Shown: positions 53,103 to 64,000 of the stretch, piece after piece
Layout of the letters: every line of letters starts with the position of its first letter
How positions within the stretch are numbered: the first letter of the stretch is position 1
Made by a program: the position numbers and the translations under genes
Source of the DNA: Octopus sinensis
Taxonomy: Eukaryota
Reading direction: 5' to 3'
Length of the DNA: 64,000 bases
NCBI RefSeq assembly: GCF_006345805.1
Contig: NC_043002.1
Location: forward strand, 19,654,001-19,718,000
Notes under the pieces: model-generated
Told to the model about the DNA's origin: nothing
What the model saw: the letters and a program-made list of their open reading frames with translations, nothing else
Databases searched by the model: none

Positions 53103-54200
53103 AGGCGGTGTAAGGTGGTGAGCTGGCAGAAATGTTAGCATGCCGGGCGAAATGCATAGCGGTATTTCGTCGGTCGCTACGTTCTGAGTTCAAATTCCGC
53201 CGAGGTCGACTTTGCCTTTCATCTCTTAGAGGTCGATAAAATAAGTACCAGTTGCATACTAGGGTCGATCTAATCGCTGGTCCCGTCTCCAAAAATTTCG
53301 GGCCTTGTGCCTAGAGCAGAATAGATTATAAGGCGGCGAGCTGGCAGAAACGTTAGCACGCCGGGCGAAATGCATAGCGGTATTTCGTCTGCCGTTACGT
53401 TCTGAGTTCAAATTCCGCCGAGGTCGACTTTGCCTTTCATCCTTTCGGGGTCGATTAAATAAGTACCAGTTACGCACTGGAGTCGATGTAATCGACTAGC
53501 CCCCTCCCCCATCATTTCAGGCCTTGTGCCTATAGTAGAAAGGATTATTACAAGACGGTGGAGCTGGCAGAATCATTAGCACACTGGACAAAATGCTTAG
53601 CGGCATTTCGCCCTGTCACTACGTTCTGAGTTCAAATTCCGTCGAGGTCAACTTTGCCATTCATCCTTTCGAGATCGATAAAAAAAAGTACCAGTCGAGC
53701 ATTGGCGTCAATGTGATCGACTAGCCCAGTGGTTCTCAATCTGGGTCCATATGGCCCTTGGGTATCCATTTAAGATTCTATTAAAATTTGTGTAATAAAT
53801 TGGTTAAACTTCTACAAAACACAAAATATTTTAATTTTTTATACAATTCCTAATAAGAGTTTTTCTCATATATATACGTATGTATGTATGTATGTATGTA
53901 TGTATGTATGTATGTATGTATGTATGTATGTATGTATGTGTGTGTATGTATGTATGTATGTATGTATGTATGTATGTGTATGTATGTATGTATGTATGTA
54001 TGTTATGTATGTATGTATGTATTATGTATTTATGTATGTATATATATGTGTGTGTGTGTGTGTGTATACAGTAAATTATGGCGATCCAATTGGGTAAAAG
54101 ATGATCAAAATAGGAATCAAAGGGGCTCATAGGCAACAAAAAAAATGATTGAGAACCACTGGACTAGCCCCTTCCCGTAAAAATTTCTGGCCTTGTGCCA
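53103..54200 (+). mobile_element. Three head-to-tail Nin/Deu-domain SINEs
   Basis: Heads at about 53115, 53332 and 53555. The third copy is split by the hAT MITE and resumes at 54162. Confidence 0.88.
53727..54161. mobile_element. hAT (Charlie-like) MITE carrying an expanded (TATG)n tract
   Basis: Perfect 15-bp TIR CAGTGGTTCTCAATC / GATTGAGAACCACTG, with an 8-bp TSD GACTAGCC at 53719-53726 and 54162-54169. Confidence 0.92.
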
Positions 54201-55660
54201 ATTTTTAGCAAGAATTAAACAAAAACATACAAATAATGCGGGACAAAGCGAAGGGAAAAGAAAAGAAGTAAAAGGAAACGAACAAATGGTTGTGATGATG
54301 ATGATGAGGGCGAGGAGGAAGGCGACGGCGACAGTACTGGTTGCAGACATTATAACGTGTATGTGTGTACACACACAAAAATGTATACTAAACAAACAGA
54401 AAATCCCTACACACACGTTTGTCTTTTGTTTCGCTCAGCCGTCCTGTCGCAACCCTCACTCGGTAAAGTAAGAGCGAGAATGAGAAGGGCTAATATGTGA
54501 ACTCAACTTGGCTGTTGTTGTTTAGCCCTCCTCCGCCAAGTCAACACCTGATTAAGCAGACCTATGATGAAGGACATTCCAACTGTGACTATCCCGTCTA
54601 TTTATACCCTTCCTACTGTGACTATCTCGTCTAACATACCCTTCTATTTTGTCTTAAGACAGTAAGTTGAATTTGTGGGAGATATGGCTTTTATTTTTAG
54701 TAGGTCGTGCAAATTGGTTCGTATTTAGTCCATTGCTTGGTTTAACGGCAGCGGCGGCCCTTAGGGGTCTGTAATGGCTTCACACTACCAGAGCCTTTAG
54801 TGGTTTGACATCATCACCAGATACTCGGTTATCGTTGGTGGAATCCGCTCTATAGTAAACTTTCCGTCGATTTGTCTCTGAAATGAGATTACTTGATATC
54901 TTGATGAACAATCGTCATTTGCAGCAACGTATGAGTCCAATGATAAAGATTCTAAGCTTTCACCAAAGCGGTCAGGGTTCAATTCCTGAAAATACTAACT
55001 TTTCGGGGCAGCCTTGACAGAACCGCTTCTGCTTGTGCAGTGAAACTTCTTTCAATTACAATTTCAACCGTCTTGAAAAAAAGAAATAACTTACGGAGTT
55101 GTAATGGCTAGAACGTCTTTGATTATAGGTCTGCTTCATCGAGGCTAACCTGTAACTAAACAACGACCACCCTCGTGTTGTGGTTTCTCTCTTTTTCTAT
55201 CACCAGTCTCGGCAGCCCTACAAAAGTCAGGGACACCCTTCTCCTCTCACTAAACTATAAATTAAGTCACCATGTAATTTACTTGTCTCCACCGAGAATG
55301 GAGCCGGCGGGAGCCGTGGAACATCCACTATCAAAATTACTCCGGAAATGGGTTTGACGTAGTCCGAAGCGCTAGATAAGGCCTTACACCGTAGCATAGC
55401 TAAGGGGATGGATGCTGGGGCGGTCCGTGAAGATTTTAAGGAGGCGGCTCCTTTGGGTCTGCTGTATAAGGACCAGGAGAGGCAAATTTAAGGCTTGTTT
55501 TGGGTGGCACGCACTCTAGCTACAACACTGCTCTTACAGGTCGTATCACTTTAAAAAAAAATGTTTATTTTAGTAGATAATCTCACTAACAACAAAAGAC
55601 AATTCAACAACCATGAAATTTTTGCGATATTGTGAAAGTATTATTTAAAAGTTCTGTCTG

Positions 55661-55713
<53 letters not shown>

Positions 55714-55840
55714 GCATGCATGTATGTATGAATTTTGTAGTTATTACCGCCACGGATTGATTTGCTTTGCGAGACGAATGATAGTTTTGGTAAAAATAAT
55801 TAGGAACAGGGAAGAGAAATTTAAGTTACCTACAGCTTAC

Positions 55841-56030
55841 CTGAGATGCAAGTGTGGTTCCGCTTGAATTCCATGATAAATTTGAGATTCTCTTGAATGC
55901 TCTGCTTTTCGAGCGGGTACTCCAAAATGCACCAAACAGCCCCACCAAGTATCCAGTATAAGATAAGAAATACAACGAGGCCCCATAATCGTTGGGTAGG
56001 AGTCGTATTTGATAGCCAAAGAGCTTTCAT
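55841..56030 (-). CDS. KCNK1: Two-pore-domain K+ channel (TWIK/KCNK1-like), coding exon 1 (M1 and cap)
   Basis: ATG at 56030. Encodes LVVFLILYWILGGAVWCILEYPLE (M1) and NHTCIS (cap Cys). Donor GTAAGC, 190 nt, phase 1, matching exon 2. Confidence 0.88.
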
Positions 56031-56159
56031 CTGAACGACAGCCGAGGCGAGACTAGCAGGTTTTTGTCCCCCGTTTTTCTGTCTTTTTTCTCTTTTTCTT
56101 TGCGAAGTGTTACAGAATGGAAACGAAGAATGGAACTGGTAAAGGACAGAACTCACCGA

Positions 56160-56230
56160 CACGCGCGACAGGAACAGCGAAGCGAAGTTTATAAAGCAAG
56201 CGCAACTTCAGAGAAAATATTTACAAAATA
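56160..56230 (-). promoter_or_regulatory. Possible core promoter or 5' UTR of the channel gene
   Basis: TTTATAAA (56188-56195) lies in a CpG-retaining patch about 160 bp upstream of the ATG. Confidence 0.25.
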
Positions 56231-56405
56231 GGAGAGAGAGAGAGAAAGAAAAAGAGAGAGGGAGAGAGAGAGAGAGGGAAAGAGCGAACGATCGCGGTGT
56301 TGAACAGCCGTGCACCTAAACAAGAAAATGTGACAGTTTTCATATAGAGGGTGATGTGTCGGGTTAAATATTGATATTTTCTAGAGAGAGAGAGAGAAAG
56401 ACACA

Positions 56406-56449
<44 letters not shown>

Positions 56450-56933
56450 TTGACAGAGAGAGAGAGAGAGAAAGGAGTATATATGTATGTGTTAACAATA
56501 TTCGTGTATTGTAGGAGGGTTGATAAGAATGGGAGGGAAATTAAACGCGTGTGGCTTATAAAGAGGAGGAAGGGGAACGGACAGTAAGGAAAAAAAAACA
56601 AACATACGAGCGAGAAAGGAAATAGAGGGAGAAGGGAGGATTAATACAAGGATGACAGAAACACACACACATACACATACACACACGCCGACACATACAC
56701 ACATACACACATGCCGACACACACACACACAACTAATTTTTGCTTGTTTCAGTCATTAGACTGTGACCAAGCTGGAGCAGCGCCTTGAATTTTTAGATGA
56801 ATGAATCGACCTCCGTACTTTATTTTTTAAGCCTTGTACTTATTCTATTGGTTTATTTTGCCGAACCGCTAAGCTACGAGGACGTAAACATACCAACATC
56901 GGTTGTCAAGTGGCGATGGGGAGACAAACACAG

Positions 56934-56972
<39 letters not shown>

Positions 56973-57067
56973 CATCTATTATAATAATACCCTTGTGTTT
57001 TTCTCCGTCACAACATATGAATGAGAAAGGAAGGGGTGATAGATGAATAAGGAAGGAAGTGGTATGG

Positions 57068-57280
57068 TGAAAAAAAATCAAACAGCGTTTCAACTCTTTG
57101 TGAGTATATGTGTGTATATGTAAAAGGGAGGTATGTGAATGTGTGTGTGTGTGTGCAATGGAAGTGATGAACATTCAATACTGAAAAGAAAAATCAAACA
57201 GCGTTTCAACTCCATGTGAGCATATGTGTGTATGTGTGTGCATGTACAAGAGAAATATGTGAATGTTTGTATGTGTGAAC
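57068..57280. repeat. ~118-bp tandem duplication
   Basis: AAAAATCAAACAGCGTTTCAACTC...ATGTGAATGT occurs at about 57073 and about 57190. Confidence 0.75.
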
Positions 57281-57438
57281 CAGCGTTCTTTCAGTAACAA
57301 ACGATGATCGATGTCACATCTCAAAAGACAACCACTAGATAACGTTGTGAAGTGTATTAATTTGAATTACCATCCATATTCTATCTTATTTATATACAAA
57401 ATACTACAATTAGCCATCATTTTTGATGGCACAGGGCC

Positions 57439-57765
57439 ATCATCATCATCGTTTAACGTCCGTTTTCCATGCTGGCATGGGTTGAACGGTTTGACTGAGG
57501 ACTGGCGAGCCAGTTGGCTGCACCAGGCTCCAATCTGATCTGGCAGAGTTTCTACAACTGGATGCCTTCCTAATGCTAACCACTCCAAGAGTGAAGAGGG
57601 TGCTTTTACGTGCCACTGGCACAAGGGCCAGTCAGGCAGTACTGGCAATGGCCACGCTAAAATGGTGTTTTTTTCAATGCCACTTGTACAGGAGCCAGTC
57701 CAGTGACACAGGCAACGACCTCGCGCGAATGTTGTTTTTCATACGTCACCGGCACAAGTGCCAAT
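57439..57765 (-). mobile_element. RTE-type LINE 3' UTR copy with three array cores
   Basis: (CAT)n tail, GGATGCCTTCCTAATGC and GGTGCTTTTACGTGCCAC-like units. Confidence 0.8.
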
Positions 57766-57773
57766 GTACATAT

Positions 57774-57805
<32 letters not shown>

Positions 57806-57880
57806 GTCATGAGCTTCTGAACTCTCTTAACATACATTATTTACATTTGACGGATATTTCTCCTCATCTTGTTTGTTGTT

Positions 57881-57926
57881 AACACAACATTTCAGCTGAT
57901 ATACCCTCCAGCCTTCATCAGGTGTC
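57881..57926 (-). ncRNA. Degenerate minimal hammerhead ribozyme (Penelope-type)
   Basis: The minus strand reads GACAC-CTGATGA-A-GGCTG-N10-CAGCT-GAAA-TGTT-GTGTT, giving both core boxes with stems I and II. Confidence 0.55.
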
Positions 57927-59179
57927 TTGGGGAAATTTCGAACCTGGGTTCTCATTCCTAAGGTATTTTTCGATCACCATGTCGCACACATATGGTTGTG
58001 AAACATGTGCCTGGTGTACTCTTATCAGACGGGTAGTCATGATGGGTATACTGGGCTTTGTATATTTTACCCCAGTGTCACTTTGATGGCATGCACTGCT
58101 CTTTCACTCAATAATAATAATGATAATGACATGATGTGTTAATGTATATTTTGTATAATGCTTTATCAATGTTCCTACAGGTAAATCGGTGTTGAAATAA
58201 TTGTATTGTAATGTAATAAAGCAAGTTGCTCAATCTATTTTCTATTATTCATATTTGTGTGTATGTGTGTGTGTGTGTGTGTGTTTGTGTGATCAACATC
58301 ATCACTTAACATTTATGTTTCATGCTGGTATGGGTCAGATGGTTTGAGAGGATCTGGTGGGCCCAAAGACTACATCAAGCTCCAATGCGTGCTTTGGCAT
58401 GGTTTCTAAGGCTAGATGCCCTTCCTAATGGTAACCACCTCACAGCATGTACTGGGTGCTTTTTTCATGCTACATTCGGCTTACAAGACTACCAAACTTG
58501 GGGTGTGGGGAAGCAGGGGGCAACTTTATGCCAATAGATGAAGAGCAGAATATATATCATCATCATCATCATCATTATCATTCTATACCTGTTTTCCATG
58601 TTGGCTCGGGTACAATGTTTTGACAGACATTAAAAAAAAAAACTATGCCAGAAATTAAGACACTGGAGTAAGATGTGGTTCTCTGACCCATTGGACCATG
58701 TTGAACTGCCCAATCCATTCCGGCACAGAAAACAGACAGATGATGATGATGATGATGTATATCAAACATGCATGTGAATGAATTCACAATTTAATCACAC
58801 ACACACACTGTGTCTCAATGTTTTGGCTGTTTTATTCAATGTGTGTTGTCAATAAATGCTCTGATATGCAAATGAGCGGCATCAACACCTGTTAATCTTA
58901 GTATTTCCTACAAGAATCTTGGAAGTTGTTTCCTCTATCTGTCCATCTTCCCCACCTCTCTTTCTCTCTCTCTTTCTCTTTCTCTCTCTGTCTCAGACAA
59001 ACACGAGTACACACTCTTGATAAGATGGCAATAATTAAGTCCTAACAACTGGAGCTCTTGGTTTTAAACTGCAGAAAAAGCTGTGGGTCAACCACCAGAT
59101 CTATTTCTACAGTGAGGCTAAATTTATGCAAATACTTGCTGTCTGAGTACTTTAGTTATATACACATGCAGACATATAT

Positions 59180-59218
<39 letters not shown>

Positions 59219-60299
59219 GTTCATACACACACACACACACACACAAACACACATCTATAAACAGTAAGAATCAAAAGGATGGCTGGCATAATTATTCTTA
59301 ATATCTTCTGACAGATTCAAACATGAATATCACTGTTCTCTGTGCATAAGATGATTTATTACCGGTTGGCAGATATCAGCATGGATCAGCAGACAGCTTG
59401 CTCATTGAAGTTATGGACAAGATTCTCAACTCATGTGAGATTCATCAGTCTAGGATAACTCTGGCTGATGAGACACAATGATGTTGAAACACCGATTGAC
59501 CCAAAATTAATGAATTATGAAATGCAAACAATTGCATCATAAAGGTAATTGTCCTCTTGTGACGAAACATGGCGGTGATGAGTATATCCATGTTTGAATG
59601 TGCCATAAATATGAAAATTGTTTTGATTCTCCATGTTCACTATGTATATAATGATTTACATATACTATATCTTTTATAAATAAGGGCAAAAGAATAAAAT
59701 TTTCTATGCCAATATGCTGAAAAATAGACTTTAGATCGTCTAACCACAAATAATATTTTTCACTTATAATTTTCACCTTAAAAGGTGTTTTAATATGCAG
59801 GCCACTGATAAAATTTTTTTTTTTTGAAAAAATTTTATCCTTATATTAGAAGTAAATTTATTATATCCTTTAAGAATGTAGCACAATTGTATCCAAAAAC
59901 TGCTAAAATGATTACTAACATAAGTGTAAGACCAGAAATTTACAGAAATAAAGGTGATTAAATCAATTGAAGCACTTAGCAACCTCTTAGTTTATGGGTC
60001 TCAATTTTATGGGTCCCAGAAAGATTAAAAAAAAGAAATACAAATTCAACCCTGGTGAAATTTGAACCCAGTGCATAAAGAGACATAAACATACACTGCA
60101 AGGCATTCTACCAACTCTACCAATTCTTCCAATAAATAATTTACAGACACACAGGCGGGGGTGGGGTGGGGTGCAGGAGAGAATAGACCTTTTATTGATT
60201 TTAACATTGAATATTCAATATACTGAAATAAATGCCTTCTCATTGATTTATAGTCTAGGTGGTTAAGTGTTCCACAGTCATATATGCCCTTAAAGTAAT

Positions 60300-60507
60300 C
60301 CTTCAAAACTTCCATGCTTCCGGAAATTTGCCAACAGTATACCCAATGCCCCGCCCCATTGCTTCTTTTTAACAGAAAATGGCTCATTCGCTATACATTT
60401 CCTGTGTATTATTCTATCTGCGGTTTATGCACATTTTTGGCTACCTTTTCTGATGAGTTGTTGTGCACCTGGACACTGTATACAGTAAGTACATTATTAT
60501 TATTACT
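60300..60507 (+). mobile_element. CR1-like LINE 3' end
   Basis: GTTGTTGTGCACCTGGACACTGTATACAG...(ATT)n matches the reverse complement of the ends at 39550 and 43485. Confidence 0.6.
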
Positions 60508-60977
60508 AGCAGGACTCGTGAATATTTCATGGTAAACTTATTGGGTTATTTCTGAAAACTTTATCCAAAAACCTGAAAGCATAGCTTGTGTTGTGTCTGT
60601 ATAGAAAGATAGTTGCTCATCTGCTACTCTTTGCAAAGAGAAGGAAACTAGAATACGGTGATTACTTAATGCACTTTATATATACATTTAATATACTTTA
60701 TGCACAATCTTATAAACTTAATACACAATACTCCCCCTCTTTCTCTCTCACTCTTCACCTTACCCTCTTTTTCTCTCACTCTTTGCCTTTCCCTTCAACT
60801 AATCATATGAAAGCATTACAGATGGGCTAAGTAACAGAGGAAAAAAAACTTAGCTAAAAAAAAATTACTCATTTTATATATCATCAACATCATCATACGC
60901 ACACACACACACACACACACACATATACATCAGAAAAATATATGTATGAATATATGTATATATGAATGAGTGTATGA

Positions 60978-61860
60978 ATCATCGTCGTCATCATCATCAT
61001 TTAGCATCCATTGTCCATGCTGGCATGGGTTGGATAGTTTGACCAGGGCTGGTAAGCTGAGGGGCTGCACCAGACTCTAGTCTTATTTGGTATGGTTTCT
61101 ATGGCTGGATGCCTTCCTAACACCAACCTCAAGTGTAATGAGTGCTTTTATGTGCCACTGGCATTGGTGTCAGTTTGCATGACATCAATAGTTGCCATGA
61201 TTATCATTTCATTTGGCTCAATGGGTTTTCTTCTCAAGCATGGCACACTGCCAAAAGTTTTGGTCATTTGTCATTACCTCCAAGAGGCCCAGAGCACAAA
61301 AGGTGCTTTTTATGTGCCAACAGCAGAGGTACCAGTTACATGACACTGACAATGACCACAGCTATGATTTCACTTGGTCTGATGGGTCTTCTTGAGCATG
61401 GCATACCGCCAAAGGTCTCAGTCAATAGTCATTGCCTTCATGACGCCCAACGTTTGAAGATCATGCTTCACCACTTTGTCCCATATCTCCTGGATTTCCC
61501 TCTTCCACAGCTTCCTTCCACTGGTAGAGATCGGCACATCTTCACACAGCTGTCCACATCCATACACATTACATGACCATACCAATACAGTTGTCTCCCT
61601 TGTGCACCACATCTGATGCCTCTTATGCCCAGCTTTTTCTCTCAAGATGCTTACACTCTGTTGTATATGCACACTGTCATTACACATCCAGTGAAGCATA
61701 CTGGCTTGATTTCTTTCAAGTCTACGCATGTCCTCAGCAATCACAGCCCATGTTTCACTGCCATGTAACATGGCTGTTCATACACAGGTATCATACAGTC
61801 TGCTTTTCATTCTGGGGGAGAGGCCTTTTGTTACCAACTGAGGTAGGAGCTCTCTGGACA
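60978..61860 (-). mobile_element. Second 5'-truncated RTE-clade LINE (ORF end and 3' UTR)
   Basis: MLHGSETWAVIAEDMRRLERN, homologous to 40750-41200, with a (CAT)n tail at 60978 and a duplicated 3' UTR block. Confidence 0.8.
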
Positions 61861-62699
61861 TTGGTAGCTGGACGCCTTGGTGTGGAAGCAGCAGGGTTGG
61901 TAGTTAGACACAAAAAATACGAAGGCATTTTCACAGACTCACAATGTCACTCGCCATCAGAGTTCCAACTCCTCAGAGCTGGTCTAAGTTGCATCCTGTC
62001 TGGTAAGAAGTCAGGGCCATAGAGAATGAATGGGTGGTCAAGCCTAGCATGCGCATAAGGGGCTTCTGTCAGATCTCCAGAAAGCTCTAATTCTATGCAC
62101 ATACGTGGATGAATGTTCCAAAATGGCGTCTAGAACCAGGCATCACTACAAATACCTAGAAGGTGGCTTTGAACACTAAGGTAGTGGCAGAAGATTTGAG
62201 AGGCTACAGCAAAACACCATGTGGGAGTAAAATACGTGGGAAATTGAAGTTGAACACTACAGGAAGAGGAGAGATTTTGGGAAGCAATACAGAAGAATAT
62301 GGTGGAGGAGAATACATGTAAAGCCACAGCAGAATGTAACAAAACGTGGGTAAAAGACTTGGGAAGCCACAACTGAAAACTAAGGAAGGCAGACCTAGAA
62401 GGGCAAAGTGAGGGTAGAAGATCTGGGATTGTACAGCAGAATTTATAAGGGTGGGGAACACCTAGAACCACGTGATTGGTAATCAGGCTTCTTACCACAC
62501 AGCCACTCCTGCACCTATGTATTTCCAGTTTGCAAATTTGCTCACACACCATTGTTGAGCCCAAGGCTATAGTAGAAGACTATAGACACAGTAAAAGAAC
62601 ACACAGACACATTAAAAGGTATGAGCTTTAATGTAGGTCTATACAGCCCAGAGTGCTGCACTGTGTGACAAAATCTGAAACTTCACAAAATATATGTTT

Positions 62700-63238
62700 A
62701 CATGTTGGTGGCAATTAGGGCCTCACAGAGGAAATGACGAAGACCGAGACCTCTGAGATATGCTGTGAGTCCATGGCCCAAAGGACGGCCTGCTTTGCTA
62801 ACCTTGGATCATGGAGTGACCCGCTGTTCTTGAGGAAACCTATTGAGTCAACTACGTTAACACCAACATCAAAATGAAAATCAAATGGAAATTTTAGTTA
62901 AGATACCCATGCCAGTGACATGTAAAAGGCACTGTCCAAATGTGGCAGATGCCAGCGCCGACAGACTGGCGTCCATGTTGGTGACACGTAAAAGCACCAA
63001 CTGATTGTGGCCATTTGCCAGCCTTCTCTGGCCCCTGTGCTGGTGGCACGTAAAAGCACCCACTACACTCTCGGAGTGGTTGGCATTAGGAAGGGGCATC
63101 CAGCTGTAGAAACACTGCTAGATCAGACTGGAGCCTGGTGCAGTCTCCTGGCTTCCCAGACCCCGGTAGAACCATCCAACCCATGCTAGCATGGAAAACG
63201 GACGTTAAACGATGATGATGATGATGATGATGATGATG
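62700..63238 (+). mobile_element. RTE-type LINE 3' UTR copy with three array cores
   Basis: GTGACATGTAAAAGGCAC, GGTGACACGTAAAAGCACC and GGTGGCACGTAAAAGCACC units, followed by a (GAT)n tail. Confidence 0.8.
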
Positions 63239-63705
63239 AAAATGTAGAATCTTTGAGAAAATGTAAAATAAATTGTTTTAACAGTGAATTGCAAAGTGAA
63301 TTGCATATAATTATTAGGTTAAAAAAAAAACCTTGGATGGGAAAAAAAAGTTGAAAGACTACCTGTGGGACACGAACCTGCATCTCCTTCACCTTTTAAT
63401 GTTTATTGTATTCAAATTCTCTGTCGTCTTCCTCTTCACCTACCCTACTACATCTCCACACCACTCCCCATTTGCATAATATTCCCTTGGCAGCCATCTG
63501 TTACACAGGATTAACTAGAGAAATCACAGCTTACATTGTCTGCTAATCCCCACTTGGAGACCATCGTTTTATTTGCTGATTGAACAGACATTTTTCTTGA
63601 AATAAGATTAAAAGACAAAGGAGAAAAGAAAAATGCAAATTTTCTTCAAATTCCATAGATTTTTGTTTTTTTTTGTCTTGCAATTCTACTTCTTGGTTGC
63701 TATTT

Positions 63706-63708
63706 CCA

Positions 63709-63760
<52 letters not shown>

Positions 63761-63785
63761 CACATATATATATATATATATACAC

Positions 63786-63818
<33 letters not shown>

Positions 63819-63902
63819 CACATATACATATATATATATATATACACACACACACACCCACACATATATATATATAACATATATATACATATATATATAT
63901 AC

Positions 63903-63999
<97 letters not shown>

Positions 64000-64000
64000 C
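63706..64000. repeat. (CA)n/(TA)n microsatellite
   Basis: Directly visible in the sequence. Confidence 0.95.

Noticed and set aside
56031-56162. N-terminal extension of the channel ORF
   Set aside because: It starts at a non-ATG codon and looks like 5' UTR. The ATG at 56030 gives a normal-length K2P N-terminus.
60445-60490. Hammerhead ribozyme at CTGATGAG
   Set aside because: No correctly placed GAAA or stem II. The homologous CR1 ends read CTGACAAG or TTGACAAG.

Overview
AT-rich, microsatellite-dense animal genomic DNA. The repeat families resemble those of octopus/cephalopod genomes, which is an inference from recalled SINE/LINE motifs. Two spliced genes can be rebuilt from splice sites and frame: a 2-exon MAD2L1BP/p31comet-like gene on + (join 2123..2305, 4482..5120; 273 aa) and a 4-exon TWIK/KCNK1-like two-pore K+ channel on - (56030..55841, 31443..31300, 27946..27548, 24559..24309; 327 aa). 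The second channel exon is missing from the ORF track. The rest is mobile DNA: three tRNA-derived SINE families, RTE, R4/Dong and CR1 LINE fragments, mariner, Tigger and hAT elements, Helitron/Helentron ends, a solo LTR, Penelope-like hammerhead remnants and an ~825-bp foldback. The most unusual system is an RTE-type LINE whose ORF carries a PHD-like C4HC3 finger. Its 3' UTR holds a variable-length ~61-bp array with a constant core and a constant GCCAG/CTGGC stem around a hypervariable loop, and that array is dispersed in many 5'-truncated copies across the window. Family assignments come from motif recall, not database searches.
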